IMG/VR virus record: IMGVR_UViG_3300043788_000023
Span: 105,609 to 169,608 of that record
Origin: a virus
Length of the DNA stretch: 64,000 bases
Strand: one strand, 5' to 3'
Under the pieces are notes generated by a model. It saw only the letters and a program-made list of their open reading frames with translations, was not told where the DNA came from and did not search any database. Shown piece after piece: positions 35,255-43,997 of the stretch. The position numbers and the translations under genes are program-made. How positions within the stretch are numbered: the stretch's first letter is position 1; the number at the start of each line of letters is the position of its first letter.

Positions 35255-35438
35255 CAGCATCTTTTACGAAACTAAGCACCTCATCGTAGTGCTCAGCGCA
35301 CAACCAGCCCTGAGCCAGCTTGATAGACGCGGGCTTGTCGCAGAGGATCGGATCGCCGTCTTCCCCCGGCTCCGTGTGGAAATCCACGATGAACTGGCAG
35401 TTGTGCAAAACTGGCTCCAGCCGTGGAGTTCCGTCCAT
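35232..35438 (-). CDS. Small zinc-finger-like protein, paralog of 4441..4671
   Basis: CQF...CDKPASIK...WLCAEHYD. Confidence 0.6.
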   Translation of the reverse strand: MDGTPRLEPVLHNCQFIVDFHTEPGEDGDPILCDKPASIKLAQGWLCAEHYDEVLSFVKDAVDKAADL

Positions 35439-35729
35439 GTCACCACGGCTCAGGGGATTTTCCGGCGCTCATCCTCAGCATTGTTCCCGACGCCAAGGTT
35501 TGCCTATTCTTCTTTCGGCGCAATCGCACCGCTGTCCCCGAGTTGAAGAACGTCCAAGCAGCGGGGGTCAATTCCCCCTTCAAGACAAGCGCAGGTGAGT
35601 TTTACGTCACCTCTCCCCGCAAGCCCTGTCACACTTGGCAAAGTCTAGTCTCCCGTAGGTTTACTTTCGGAACCGATGACGTCTGCTGCCCACGGACACT
35701 GGAGCCTTCTGTATGATACCACCAGAAAC

Positions 35730-35753
35730 AAAAAAGCCCAGCCGAAGCTGGGC
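35730..35753 (-). terminator. Terminator of the tmRNA gene
   Basis: GCCCAGC-TTCG-GCTGGGC-TTTTTT. Confidence 0.85.
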
Positions 35754-35754
35754 G

Positions 35755-36044
35755 AATTTTGTGGTGTTGAGGATCAGAGACACCGTCTCTGGGCACGCAG
35801 GTTTTTAAGCTGCGGCTGCCATTGCCATTGCCTTTGGAGCAGTGACGTTTAGTTGTTTCCATCCTGATTTTCGAGGGTATGGTACCTCGGGTCGCTAGCT
35901 CCGTCCTCGCACGTCTTCCGTCGAAACCGATTACCCCCGCAGTGGTGGAGGTAGAGGGAATTGAACCCTCGTCCGAAAAGACTGTCTGGTGCCTTTTACC
36001 CCCACACTTACCCTTCGGCAGTCTACAGGGGCTTACGACCATCT
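35755..36044 (-). ncRNA. ssrA: Circularly permuted (two-piece) tmRNA
   Basis: The acceptor piece ends GGACGAGGGTTCAATTCCCTCTACCTCCACCA (35943). After a 4-nt spacer comes GGGGGTAATCGGTTTCGAC (35938), giving G3-U70. The tag frame ends ...VTAPKAMAMAAAA-TAA (35805). Confidence 0.9.
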
Positions 36045-36050
36045 AACCTA

Positions 36051-36079
36051 AGAATACCGTAGTTCTGGTACTTTGTCAA
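36051..36079 (-). promoter_or_regulatory. sigma70 promoter of tmRNA
   Basis: TTGACA-17 nt-TATTCT. Confidence 0.75.
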
Positions 36080-36081
36080 GT

Positions 36082-36903
36082 TCAGCGTCCACGCATGATA
36101 CGGCGGTATGCGCTCTGGGACTTGCGGTCTTCCTTAATCATTTCCCGAACTTCCTCGTAGGCGTCATCTGCCTCCCTGAAGTTCCCTTCATCAAACCTCT
36201 TCAGTTCGGCGTCAAGGTCAAGACCAAGTTCGTCTATCCACGCCAGCAGTTTCTTGCGGCGGTAGGTCTTCATCCTCTTGACCTCAGCGTCCGTCATCCC
36301 CGGTGAGGGTGCGGGCTTGTCCACGTACTTCAGGTCGTCCGGCAGGTACAGCGCTGTCACTGGTCTCTTCCAGTCGTAAGCGGGTTCCCAAGTCGGGTCT
36401 TTTTCTTTTTCACGGCGGGGTCGTTCAGACGGTTCAAAGAAGATGTCTGGTAGGTCGTCGTCAGTGATTTCAGGACGTGGCTTTTCTTCTGCCGCGGTCT
36501 TGGCCCCTTCCAGAAGTTCAATCTCGTTCTCAAGCTCAACCCTACGGAGGTCGGGGTTCTGCCATTCGTTCAGGTATTCTTCGTCCTGCACCAGTGCGAA
36601 CGCAATCTGACGTGCTCGGTCACGATATATCTTTGAAACGTTGGAGCCGTGCGTGACGAGGAACACGACGATTCCGAGGTAGCGATCCGGGTCGTCTCCT
36701 CCACTCATTGCGTCAAGCTCTTTGATGAGCACAGGAAGCTGCTTGTCAGATATAGGCTCGTCGAAGCCTTTTCCCCGTGGGTCTTGCGGGCGGTGCTTGT
36801 CTAGGATGTCATGGACGCTGTCGCTGTCGTAGGACTTGTCGCCCCACTGTCCGGCAAACTTACCTTGGCTCCCACGCCGAGTCCTGCTCAACGCTGGCGA
36901 CAT
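36082..36903 (-). CDS. Acidic hypothetical protein (possible head-internal protein; start uncertain)
   Basis: Coding-like only downstream of about 36880; overlaps the end of 36860..37552. Confidence 0.6.
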   Translation of the reverse strand: MSPALSRTRRGSQGKFAGQWGDKSYDSDSVHDILDKHRPQDPRGKGFDEPISDKQLPVLIKELDAMSGGDDPDRYLGIVVFLVTHGSNVSKIYRDRARQIAFALVQDEEYLNEWQNPDLRRVELENEIELLEGAKTAAEEKPRPEITDDDLPDIFFEPSERPRREKEKDPTWEPAYDWKRPVTALYLPDDLKYVDKPAPSPGMTDAEVKRMKTYRRKKLLAWIDELGLDLDAELKRFDEGNFREADDAYEEVREMIKEDRKSQSAYRRIMRGR

Positions 36904-37552
36904 AGTTCGGGGAGTGCAGTTCCCGTTCGTTCTGCTGTGTCGGGTCGTGCGTCTCCGCCCACATTCCCCAGAGTCCCTTGTGCGACCTGATCTGCTCGGC
37001 ATACTCCGCCTTGACGATTTCTTCGGCGACGTGCATCTCTGGCTCGGTCGGAAAGTTAAACATGGAAACTTCGTCGTCTTCGTAGTGCGTGACTTCAAAG
37101 TCTTTCATTCCAGCTTTGGCGAGATGAAACGCTACAGTTCCGGCAGCCTTCATCGGGACGGCAAAGCTGAAACGTGGGGGTCTCCCGGCGAACTTCTTTG
37201 CGGTGCGTTGGTGTCCTATGATACCCATACTCTTCAGGAAGTCCTCATCGGACTTCTTCTCGTCCTCGGGGCTGAGCGTTGGCGGTTCCTCTTCCTTCGG
37301 CTCTACGATAGTCTTAAGCGCTTCTGAATCTGTCCAGTGTGCGGAGCGGGAGCCGTCCTCGGTAATGACTTGGTAGAACGGTTCCTCTGTTTCACGGTCT
37401 ACGTCAATCTTGACCTTGATGTCGCTGTAGGGGCTGCCCCACACCTCTTCCCCGGTGCCGGATGGGAAAAACCCGTTAGCGCCGAGGATTTCACGCCAGT
37501 CGTCATCCGGGTACTTGCCCATATCTTCTGCTTTCTTTAGGAGATCGCTCAT
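36860..37552 (-). CDS. Acidic hypothetical protein
   Basis: 230-aa ORF with a GAGG SD. Confidence 0.65.
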   Translation of the reverse strand: MSDLLKKAEDMGKYPDDDWREILGANGFFPSGTGEEVWGSPYSDIKVKIDVDRETEEPFYQVITEDGSRSAHWTDSEALKTIVEPKEEEPPTLSPEDEKKSDEDFLKSMGIIGHQRTAKKFAGRPPRFSFAVPMKAAGTVAFHLAKAGMKDFEVTHYEDDEVSMFNFPTEPEMHVAEEIVKAEYAEQIRSHKGLWGMWAETHDPTQQNERELHSPNYVASVEQDSAWEPR

Positions 37553-37591
37553 CGGAGCCTCACAAAAGGAAGGGAAATTCCGGTTTTGGGG

Positions 37592-37828
37592 TCAGTTGGG
37601 GTTGGCAAACGTGCGTGGGGGGAGCTTGTCTTGATCGGTTGTCCGGTCAAGGATGTCAGCGTACTCACGGAGCAGATTCGCAAGCTCGTGACCATTCTCA
37701 GTGAGATTGCCGATGCCGATGAACTCGGTCGGGTTGGCTTTCATCATGAAGCCTGCGTAGGCGTAGCCGAGTTTCGTAGCGAGTAGGGTGAAGTTCTGGT
37801 ATGCGATCATCAGGTCTTCGGGCAGCAT
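37592..37828 (-). CDS. Hypothetical protein
   Basis: 78 aa; AGGAGG SD; TGATG coupling. Confidence 0.6.
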   Translation of the reverse strand: MLPEDLMIAYQNFTLLATKLGYAYAGFMMKANPTEFIGIGNLTENGHELANLLREYADILDRTTDQDKLPPRTFANPN

Positions 37829-38229
37829 CAGCTTTCGCCTCCTATTTCTAAGTCGTCGTCAATGTAGTCCTCATCAGGATACATCTCGTGGAATTCCTTG
37901 CGGAGCTTGTCGTAGAACTCGTCCGTCGCCTTCAAGCGTTCGGGCGTCATGGCGATGTTGCCGTGCCAGCCGTTGATTGAGTCCATCCCACGGTTCGCCT
38001 CGGCGGGGCAGGGCTGCTGAATCCAGCCGTGGTCTAGCTCAAACAGTTTGCCGTCCTTGTCAAAGGAGTGCCCGGTGAAGGCGATGCCCCAAGCCTTGCG
38101 TAGCTCCTGCCAGAGCGGGTGCTTGTTGCAGAATTCGCAGTTGTCCTCGGGTGCGTGGAGCACACGGGGATCGCAGTGGGGAAATTGTGTGATGTGTTCG
38201 CGCCGTGCCATGTTTCTATAATACACCAC
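37828..38229 (-). CDS. Hypothetical phage protein
   Basis: FPHCDPRVLHAP...C.FC..HP.WQ.LR.AWGIAFTG. Confidence 0.65.
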   Translation of the reverse strand: MVYYRNMARREHITQFPHCDPRVLHAPEDNCEFCNKHPLWQELRKAWGIAFTGHSFDKDGKLFELDHGWIQQPCPAEANRGMDSINGWHGNIAMTPERLKATDEFYDKLRKEFHEMYPDEDYIDDDLEIGGES

Positions 38230-38808
38230 TCAGCAGGTTTGTGGGGGTGTTCCACCACCGGAACCAGGCGTAGAACCTCCGGGACCGGAGCCACCGGGGT
38301 TATTAGCGGATGGTTGGAAGCCTTTGAAGCCCGGAGCGTCACGGATGACGTTAGGCCAATTCTTGAAGAGCGGGAACGTGAGCCAGTAGTTTCCTGCGAA
38401 CTCAATCCAGTAGCCACGCAGCGGATCAAAGCCCGCATCAAGCATGGTCACATTACCCATTGCGACGGGAGGAGCCGGAGGGGAGACGTTCGCTCTGTTC
38501 GCCATCAGGTAGTACGCTGGCGTCGCCGCGAATGGCGGCTGGGAAAGCTGGGCAGCAGGGATTGAGGCTCCAAACCACGGCTTCATGAAAAGTCTGAAAC
38601 CGTCTTGGCGTGATAGCTGCCCGATGTCGTAGGAGATCATAAACAGCGAGTCGCCGAAGAGAATGGTGGTCTGAACTTTCCCCCAGATTGTGGTAACGGA
38701 CAACATGGCACGATAGCCATCTTCAAACGCAACATTCCCATAACCCGGAGGAGTGACTTGCTGGGGTTGGGGTCTGCTAAGCTGCAATGCGAATATGTTT
38801 TCGCCCAT
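38230..38808 (-). CDS. Hypothetical (possibly virion) protein
   Basis: 192-aa ORF. Confidence 0.6.
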   Translation of the reverse strand: MGENIFALQLSRPQPQQVTPPGYGNVAFEDGYRAMLSVTTIWGKVQTTILFGDSLFMISYDIGQLSRQDGFRLFMKPWFGASIPAAQLSQPPFAATPAYYLMANRANVSPPAPPVAMGNVTMLDAGFDPLRGYWIEFAGNYWLTFPLFKNWPNVIRDAPGFKGFQPSANNPGGSGPGGSTPGSGGGTPPQTC

Positions 38809-38820
38809 TATGCCTTTTCG

Positions 38821-39084
38821 TTACCGCTTCATCGGACAGTTGTACTTGTGCGGGAAAGGTCTCTCGCCAAACTCAGCAGTGCGGCCGCACTTGTCGCATT
38901 TCAGAACCGACTTGCCGTCCACGTAGGTGTGCGTGAAAGTGAAGCCCATGTTGGCGTCCTGCTCTGCACGCCTGATCTCGGCTATCTCTTCCTCAGTGAA
39001 CTCAAAGTCCTCGTCATCAAGGTCGTTTGGGTTGCCGTCCTCGTCGTACTGCTCGTCCATGTAATCGTCAAAGTCAATTGCCAT
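38821..39084 (-). CDS. Acidic zinc-ribbon protein
   Basis: MAIDFDD...CDKCG...H..NC. Confidence 0.55.
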   Translation of the reverse strand: MAIDFDDYMDEQYDEDGNPNDLDDEDFEFTEEEIAEIRRAEQDANMGFTFTHTYVDGKSVLKCDKCGRTAEFGERPFPHKYNCPMKR

Positions 39085-39085
39085 G

Positions 39086-39382
39086 TCAGACCCACCCCGT
39101 GCCGCCGCAATTCTCGCAGCCCTTGCCTTGGCACTCCTTGCAGTGCAACAGTGGTTCAAGCTCCGGGTGCTCCTTGGCGATCTGAGCGTCCTTCTTTGCC
39201 CGTGCCTCGTGGTACGCCTTCAGAAATTCCTGACCAGCGGGAGTCTTCCTGAAGCCTTCCTTGAAAGTGATCCAGAACGCCGTCCAAAACTTTTCAATCC
39301 AGTTGTCCCAGATTTTCTTAATGGGCCACACGGCGAAAGCACCGATGCCAGCCCAGACCCAATGTGACCAGTGCCCACTCAT
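39086..39382 (-). CDS. Membrane-anchored protein with a DnaJ-like zinc finger
   Basis: CKECQGKGCENCGGTG. Confidence 0.55.
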   Translation of the reverse strand: MSGHWSHWVWAGIGAFAVWPIKKIWDNWIEKFWTAFWITFKEGFRKTPAGQEFLKAYHEARAKKDAQIAKEHPELEPLLHCKECQGKGCENCGGTGWV

Positions 39383-39383
39383 A

Positions 39384-40052
39384 TTAGAAGCTCAACACCC
39401 ACGAAAAGATGATGTCCACGCCAGCCGGGAGGATGAGCGGTGGGAGGGTCTTGTAGTTCACAAGCACAACGCTGTCCGCCGGACCCGGAGGTGTTGCAGC
39501 CGGGTTAAAATACGGGGCGTTCGTCATGTTCGTCGGTTGTCCGCCAGCGCCTACGAGTGTACCACCGCCGATCAATCCCATCTCACGAATGCTTTGGGTG
39601 ATGTTGTCGGTCGTGGCGTTCACCGTGGTCTGGAAGTCTACCATCGTGCTGAACTGGTTCACCGGGTTGAAGTTCACGTCCACGTAGTTGATGCGGGAAA
39701 GCGGCTTGCGCAGGAACTCGGAAATGAGCGCAGTCTGAACCGGGGAGGGGTCGGGCTGTGTCTCAGGTGCCCAGGAAGGGCTGCCAGCGCCTATTGCAAG
39801 GCCCCAGACGCCGTACAGCGGGTCTGCTGACACGCCAGCCTCGCCGAGGGTGTAGGGGACGGCTGGGGCGTTCGGGAGGGCGTTTGCCATGAGGCGTGCG
39901 AATAGCCACCGTACGACGTTCACGATGATGTTGTGACCCGTCCAAAGCACCTCGCCATTGTCTGCCCGCATGACGCGGATGTTGATTTTGGCAGGGTACT
40001 GCTGGCGATCCAGCATGTCCGAACCAAGCTCTATTTTCCTGAATTCATTCAT
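39384..40052 (-). CDS. Baseplate/tail-fibre attachment-type protein
   Basis: HNIIVN, AIGAG...W, QTAL.SE..RK, IREMGL.GG, NYKT...K/W.L.F pattern. Confidence 0.65.
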   Translation of the reverse strand: MNEFRKIELGSDMLDRQQYPAKINIRVMRADNGEVLWTGHNIIVNVVRWLFARLMANALPNAPAVPYTLGEAGVSADPLYGVWGLAIGAGSPSWAPETQPDPSPVQTALISEFLRKPLSRINYVDVNFNPVNQFSTMVDFQTTVNATTDNITQSIREMGLIGGGTLVGAGGQPTNMTNAPYFNPAATPPGPADSVVLVNYKTLPPLILPAGVDIIFSWVLSF

Positions 40053-40064
40053 AAATTCACCCTC

Positions 40065-41531
40065 TTAAATAGCTCCCTTAGCCTCAATACCCGATTCTAC
40101 AGGCTTTGTGTTCGTGAAGTCCTCATCTGTTATGGCTTTGACTCCGACTCGCTGCGCACGACCATCCCTTCTCAGGTGGTACACCGCCCATGAGCCGTCA
40201 TCCCGCTTCACGCCGTACCGCTTGATGTTGTACTGCGGGATCACCAATGCACGCTTGCCGCCCAGAGTGCCCCAGTAGCCGACACGTTCAATGATCATGA
40301 GGCCTTCAAAAATTTGTCGCCCGGACAGCTTATCTGCCGCAAGCCGCTTCTGGAGCTTGTCCAACGGTACGAGGTCGTCGTAGGTCTTGGTCGGCTTGAG
40401 ATGCACCATCACTTGGCTGCCACCATACATTTCATGCTGACGCATGACTTGCTCGGGTTTAACTTCGTACGGGTTGGGCTTTTTCTGAACCTCCGGGGTT
40501 GGCTCCGGTTCGGCCGCTTCTTTGACTTCTTCCTTCGGAGCCTGCTTCACATCTTTCGGCTGTTCAAGCTGCTCCTGCGGGATCATCGTCCAGTTGGTGC
40601 GGTTCTTCGGCACGGGGAAGTTCAGTAAGCGCATCTTGCGGAACGTCGGGCGTCCGGGGAAAATCTGAGTGCGTCCGTCAGGGAACTTGACGATGTAGTC
40701 CTGCGGTCCTTTGTACAGCGCCATATCGCCGCCAGCTACTCCTTCAGGCTGATACGTCATGCCTTCCACGGAGATTGCACGGGGGATACCGTTGAGCGGA
40801 GCGGCTTTCATTTCCTGCTCGTTCACGAAGCTCACGGGCGCAGTGAAATCCACGCTGCCCTTCTTGAGCATCTTGAGAAGCTGATTCTTGAACGACTTTC
40901 CGGTTCCGATTGGAATCGTTCCAGTAGCCCGACCCATCTGGTCGTACACGATGACAAACATCGGTTTCGGCTGTTGCTTGAGCGAACGGTTACGATACTG
41001 GCGTATCACACGTGCGCTGTCGCTGGGCTTGATCTTCTGCTTCGGCGAGTAGGTGAGTTCAATGTGGCGAATCTTCGGCTCACGCTTGAGCTTCTTCCCC
41101 GAACCTGTCACGACATGCTTCTGCGTGGCGTTGATGAAGTCCATTGGGATGTCAAACGTGCCCTCGTAAATCTGCACGGTCGGGTCTTGCCCAGCTATGT
41201 CTTGATCTTTCGCCGTGTCAGCCTCGGTGCTCATGCTCTTGAACGTGGAGAGCACAGTCTGGTACATCTTGACAATGACTGGCTCCTCGTACTCCTGCGC
41301 GATCATGAACGAAGCAACCTCGTCAAGCAACACGTTGACCGCCTCGGCGATGAGTTCCGACATGGCACGAGGCTCGCCCTCGGCGAGTGGGAAGTTCATG
41401 GAAAACACGGTAAAGTTGGGAATTCCGAGATCAAGTGCAATAGTCACACGGGGGTTCGCATCGCGGATGATAGCGAGTTCCAGCACTCCGTGCGGGGGTG
41501 AGACGTACGCGGTTTTGTCAGTCTTTTCCAT
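40065..41531 (-). CDS. Hypothetical protein in the structural module
   Basis: 488-aa ORF. Confidence 0.65.
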   Translation of the reverse strand: MEKTDKTAYVSPPHGVLELAIIRDANPRVTIALDLGIPNFTVFSMNFPLAEGEPRAMSELIAEAVNVLLDEVASFMIAQEYEEPVIVKMYQTVLSTFKSMSTEADTAKDQDIAGQDPTVQIYEGTFDIPMDFINATQKHVVTGSGKKLKREPKIRHIELTYSPKQKIKPSDSARVIRQYRNRSLKQQPKPMFVIVYDQMGRATGTIPIGTGKSFKNQLLKMLKKGSVDFTAPVSFVNEQEMKAAPLNGIPRAISVEGMTYQPEGVAGGDMALYKGPQDYIVKFPDGRTQIFPGRPTFRKMRLLNFPVPKNRTNWTMIPQEQLEQPKDVKQAPKEEVKEAAEPEPTPEVQKKPNPYEVKPEQVMRQHEMYGGSQVMVHLKPTKTYDDLVPLDKLQKRLAADKLSGRQIFEGLMIIERVGYWGTLGGKRALVIPQYNIKRYGVKRDDGSWAVYHLRRDGRAQRVGVKAITDEDFTNTKPVESGIEAKGAI

Positions 41532-41534
41532 CTA

Positions 41535-43994
41535 TCAATACAACCCAAAGATATTTAGATCGTCGCCGCCCGAGATTTCCCAGACTTGGTCAAGGCGTGG
41601 AGCCACAAGACCGTACAGGTGGTTCGGGTCAACGTTTCCGACTTCTCCGGTCGGAGGCGGTGGAGTGTTTCCGGTTCCCATGTTCAAAATTTGCACCCAG
41701 CCATTCGGGGCGCTGAACGTATTCTTGCCAACGTTGCGCCAAATGACATTGCCGTCCGTGGTGTTGCCGTTGAGCGAGTCGTTCCAGCTTGGCTTGGGGT
41801 TCGCTTGGGACACGCCAGCGTTAAGCGCAAGCTGCTGGTTGCCGTTGGTGTCTACTATGATCTGTCCGAGGAACACCGTGCCAGCCGGAACCCAGCTTGA
41901 TCCCACAGCTACGCTGGAGAGGTTGCTGTTGATCGGCGGATTTCCGAGGACGTAGTTTCCATTGACGAGGTAGTAGGCGGATTGAAGCGTCGGCGAAAGC
42001 ATGCCAGCGTCAGCTTGAACGCTTGGCGATTGGAGCGCCACGGTAGCGGTGCTTGCGATCTGGAACGTGGACACTTCAGCAGTGCCGGAATCCAACGGGT
42101 TCTGGTAGTCCCCAGCGTTGAAGTTCGCCGTGAAGCTGGTGGGCGTCACCGAGAGCACGACCACGGTCTGCCCGTTCAGGAAAGCTTGGGCTGTGCCTTG
42201 CAGAGTCACAAGCATGCCGGGGAGAAAATTGTTCGCCGCTGTTACGGTGAGGACGTTCGTACTGATTTGGGTCGCCCGCACATTGGCAACGAGGTTGTAC
42301 ACATTGTGGATCGGGGCGGTGACGTTGAGCGCCGCCGCACTGAATCCGGTGACCGTGACGTACTCCCCCTCGTGGAGAAACTGAGTCGTCGGCACGTAGG
42401 AGTACGTGGCATTGATCCCGTCCGCCATGCCGTTGAGGAGGTTGACGAATACAGTCGGAAGCGCCTGCCATTGCGGCAGCGTAAGCTGGGCGGATAGCCT
42501 TCTCCCGTACGCCGCGACGGTTGTCTTCGGGTTCGCAGGGTTGAGAGGGATAGGCTTGCCTTGCCCGTCTTTCGCCACAGTGCCGTCTGCGTTGAGCTTG
42601 AAGTTGGCGAGGGGGGCGATCCACAGCATGGGACCGAATGGCGGTTGTTCAATCTGCTTCACGAAGATGCGCAGCGTGTCCGTCATGCCGTGCGGTACAG
42701 AGTCGCATGGCACACAACAGAAGTTCGTGTAAAGCTGTTGGTAGAGCGCACGCCATACCGAGTTAAGAGCGTTGAACTGGACAGTGGTGATGTTGGCGGG
42801 GAAGCCGAACGTCGCTGTTCCAGTGGCTTCCGCTTGCGTCAAGTAGTTTGGGTGCTTGAAGTTGGCTGTGAACGAGTTGCCGGACACGGAAGTCACCGTG
42901 AGGGGCACGTTGTTCAGGAACGTTGAAACATTCAGATTGATAAGCTTGACGACCGAACCAGCCGAAACAGGAACCGCAAAGCTGAGATTGACTGTGAGAA
43001 CGTCAAACGTCACAGAAGTGCTCTGCACTGCCGGAGAAATCCCGGTCCACGTCAACTGATTGTCGCCAGTTGTGGGTCCGACTAGGTTGCCTCCAACCAG
43101 TGTCGCACCAACAGTGCTCCACGTTGGTTGCGTGATGCCGCTGGTGTTCGGAAAAACGCCGATGCTGGTCGTAAGTTGAAAGTTGCCATTGGAGTCCCGC
43201 AACAGACTGCCCAGCGGAAACACCGTGGACGCCTTCCAGTACAGCGCCGGGCTGATCCCCGTAAATCCTGTGAACTGGTAGAACGGCTGCTCGTAGGTCG
43301 GAAGCTGCACAAACTGCGATTGCGTCACGTTCTGTGGGCTGAGGATGCACTGTAAATCTTCACCTTCGCCAAAGATCGTTGTGAACTCAAGCCCGACGTG
43401 CGCTGGCTTGGCGAGTGCGATTGCGTTGTAGAGGCTCTGGATGATGGTCTGAAGCTGGAGCAACGAGGTGACCGTCGTCAGAGGATTTGATCCCGATCCA
43501 CCGACTTGCACAGCCACGCTGATCGCGTTGCGGTCGGACTGGTCAAAGACCCCGTTCCCGATTTCCTTGTAAAGCTCCACGACGTTGACGGAGATTCCCG
43601 TGTACGCAAGAATGACATCATGAATCGCTTGAACGGTCGTTCCCTCTTGGTACGCAGAGATAAGATCAACGAGCATCTGCTTGTACTGCGTGTCAAATTG
43701 CTGCGGCGAGGGCCAGTTGGATGCGATGTACAACGGCGCAGCCCAGCGGCGGCGAATGTCCGGGGGAGTCAGCAGGCTAGGGTCTTTGTTGACGAGATCG
43801 TAGGAATAATCGTAATCAAGCTTTGAAAGCTCAATCGCCAGCGCCCTGAGGAAGTTCCCCCAGATACTCTGGTCGTTGCGTGTTGCGTAGAAGTCCGCAA
43901 CTGCCTGAATCAAAGAGTTGAAGCGGGCGTCTTCGTACCGGAGAAGGTCTTCACGTGATCTGAGATAGAGCAGGTCGGGGTTGTTGTTCGCCAT
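41535..43994 (-). CDS. Baseplate wedge-like protein
   Basis: RALAIEL, Y..GTT..AI..VI.AYTG, KPAH motif; follows the baseplate J-like gene. Confidence 0.7.
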   Translation of the reverse strand: MANNNPDLLYLRSREDLLRYEDARFNSLIQAVADFYATRNDQSIWGNFLRALAIELSKLDYDYSYDLVNKDPSLLTPPDIRRRWAAPLYIASNWPSPQQFDTQYKQMLVDLISAYQEGTTVQAIHDVILAYTGISVNVVELYKEIGNGVFDQSDRNAISVAVQVGGSGSNPLTTVTSLLQLQTIIQSLYNAIALAKPAHVGLEFTTIFGEGEDLQCILSPQNVTQSQFVQLPTYEQPFYQFTGFTGISPALYWKASTVFPLGSLLRDSNGNFQLTTSIGVFPNTSGITQPTWSTVGATLVGGNLVGPTTGDNQLTWTGISPAVQSTSVTFDVLTVNLSFAVPVSAGSVVKLINLNVSTFLNNVPLTVTSVSGNSFTANFKHPNYLTQAEATGTATFGFPANITTVQFNALNSVWRALYQQLYTNFCCVPCDSVPHGMTDTLRIFVKQIEQPPFGPMLWIAPLANFKLNADGTVAKDGQGKPIPLNPANPKTTVAAYGRRLSAQLTLPQWQALPTVFVNLLNGMADGINATYSYVPTTQFLHEGEYVTVTGFSAAALNVTAPIHNVYNLVANVRATQISTNVLTVTAANNFLPGMLVTLQGTAQAFLNGQTVVVLSVTPTSFTANFNAGDYQNPLDSGTAEVSTFQIASTATVALQSPSVQADAGMLSPTLQSAYYLVNGNYVLGNPPINSNLSSVAVGSSWVPAGTVFLGQIIVDTNGNQQLALNAGVSQANPKPSWNDSLNGNTTDGNVIWRNVGKNTFSAPNGWVQILNMGTGNTPPPPTGEVGNVDPNHLYGLVAPRLDQVWEISGGDDLNIFGLY

Positions 43995-43997
43995 AGG

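Noticed and set aside
35440-35705. RNase P RNA or 6S RNA call
   Set aside because: The RNase P consensus segments (GAGGAAAGTCC and the 3' P4 strand) were not found, and no clear 6S rod was seen. Kept only as an unassigned candidate.
35629-36042. 137-aa ORF
   Set aside because: It coincides with the tmRNA gene and its terminator.
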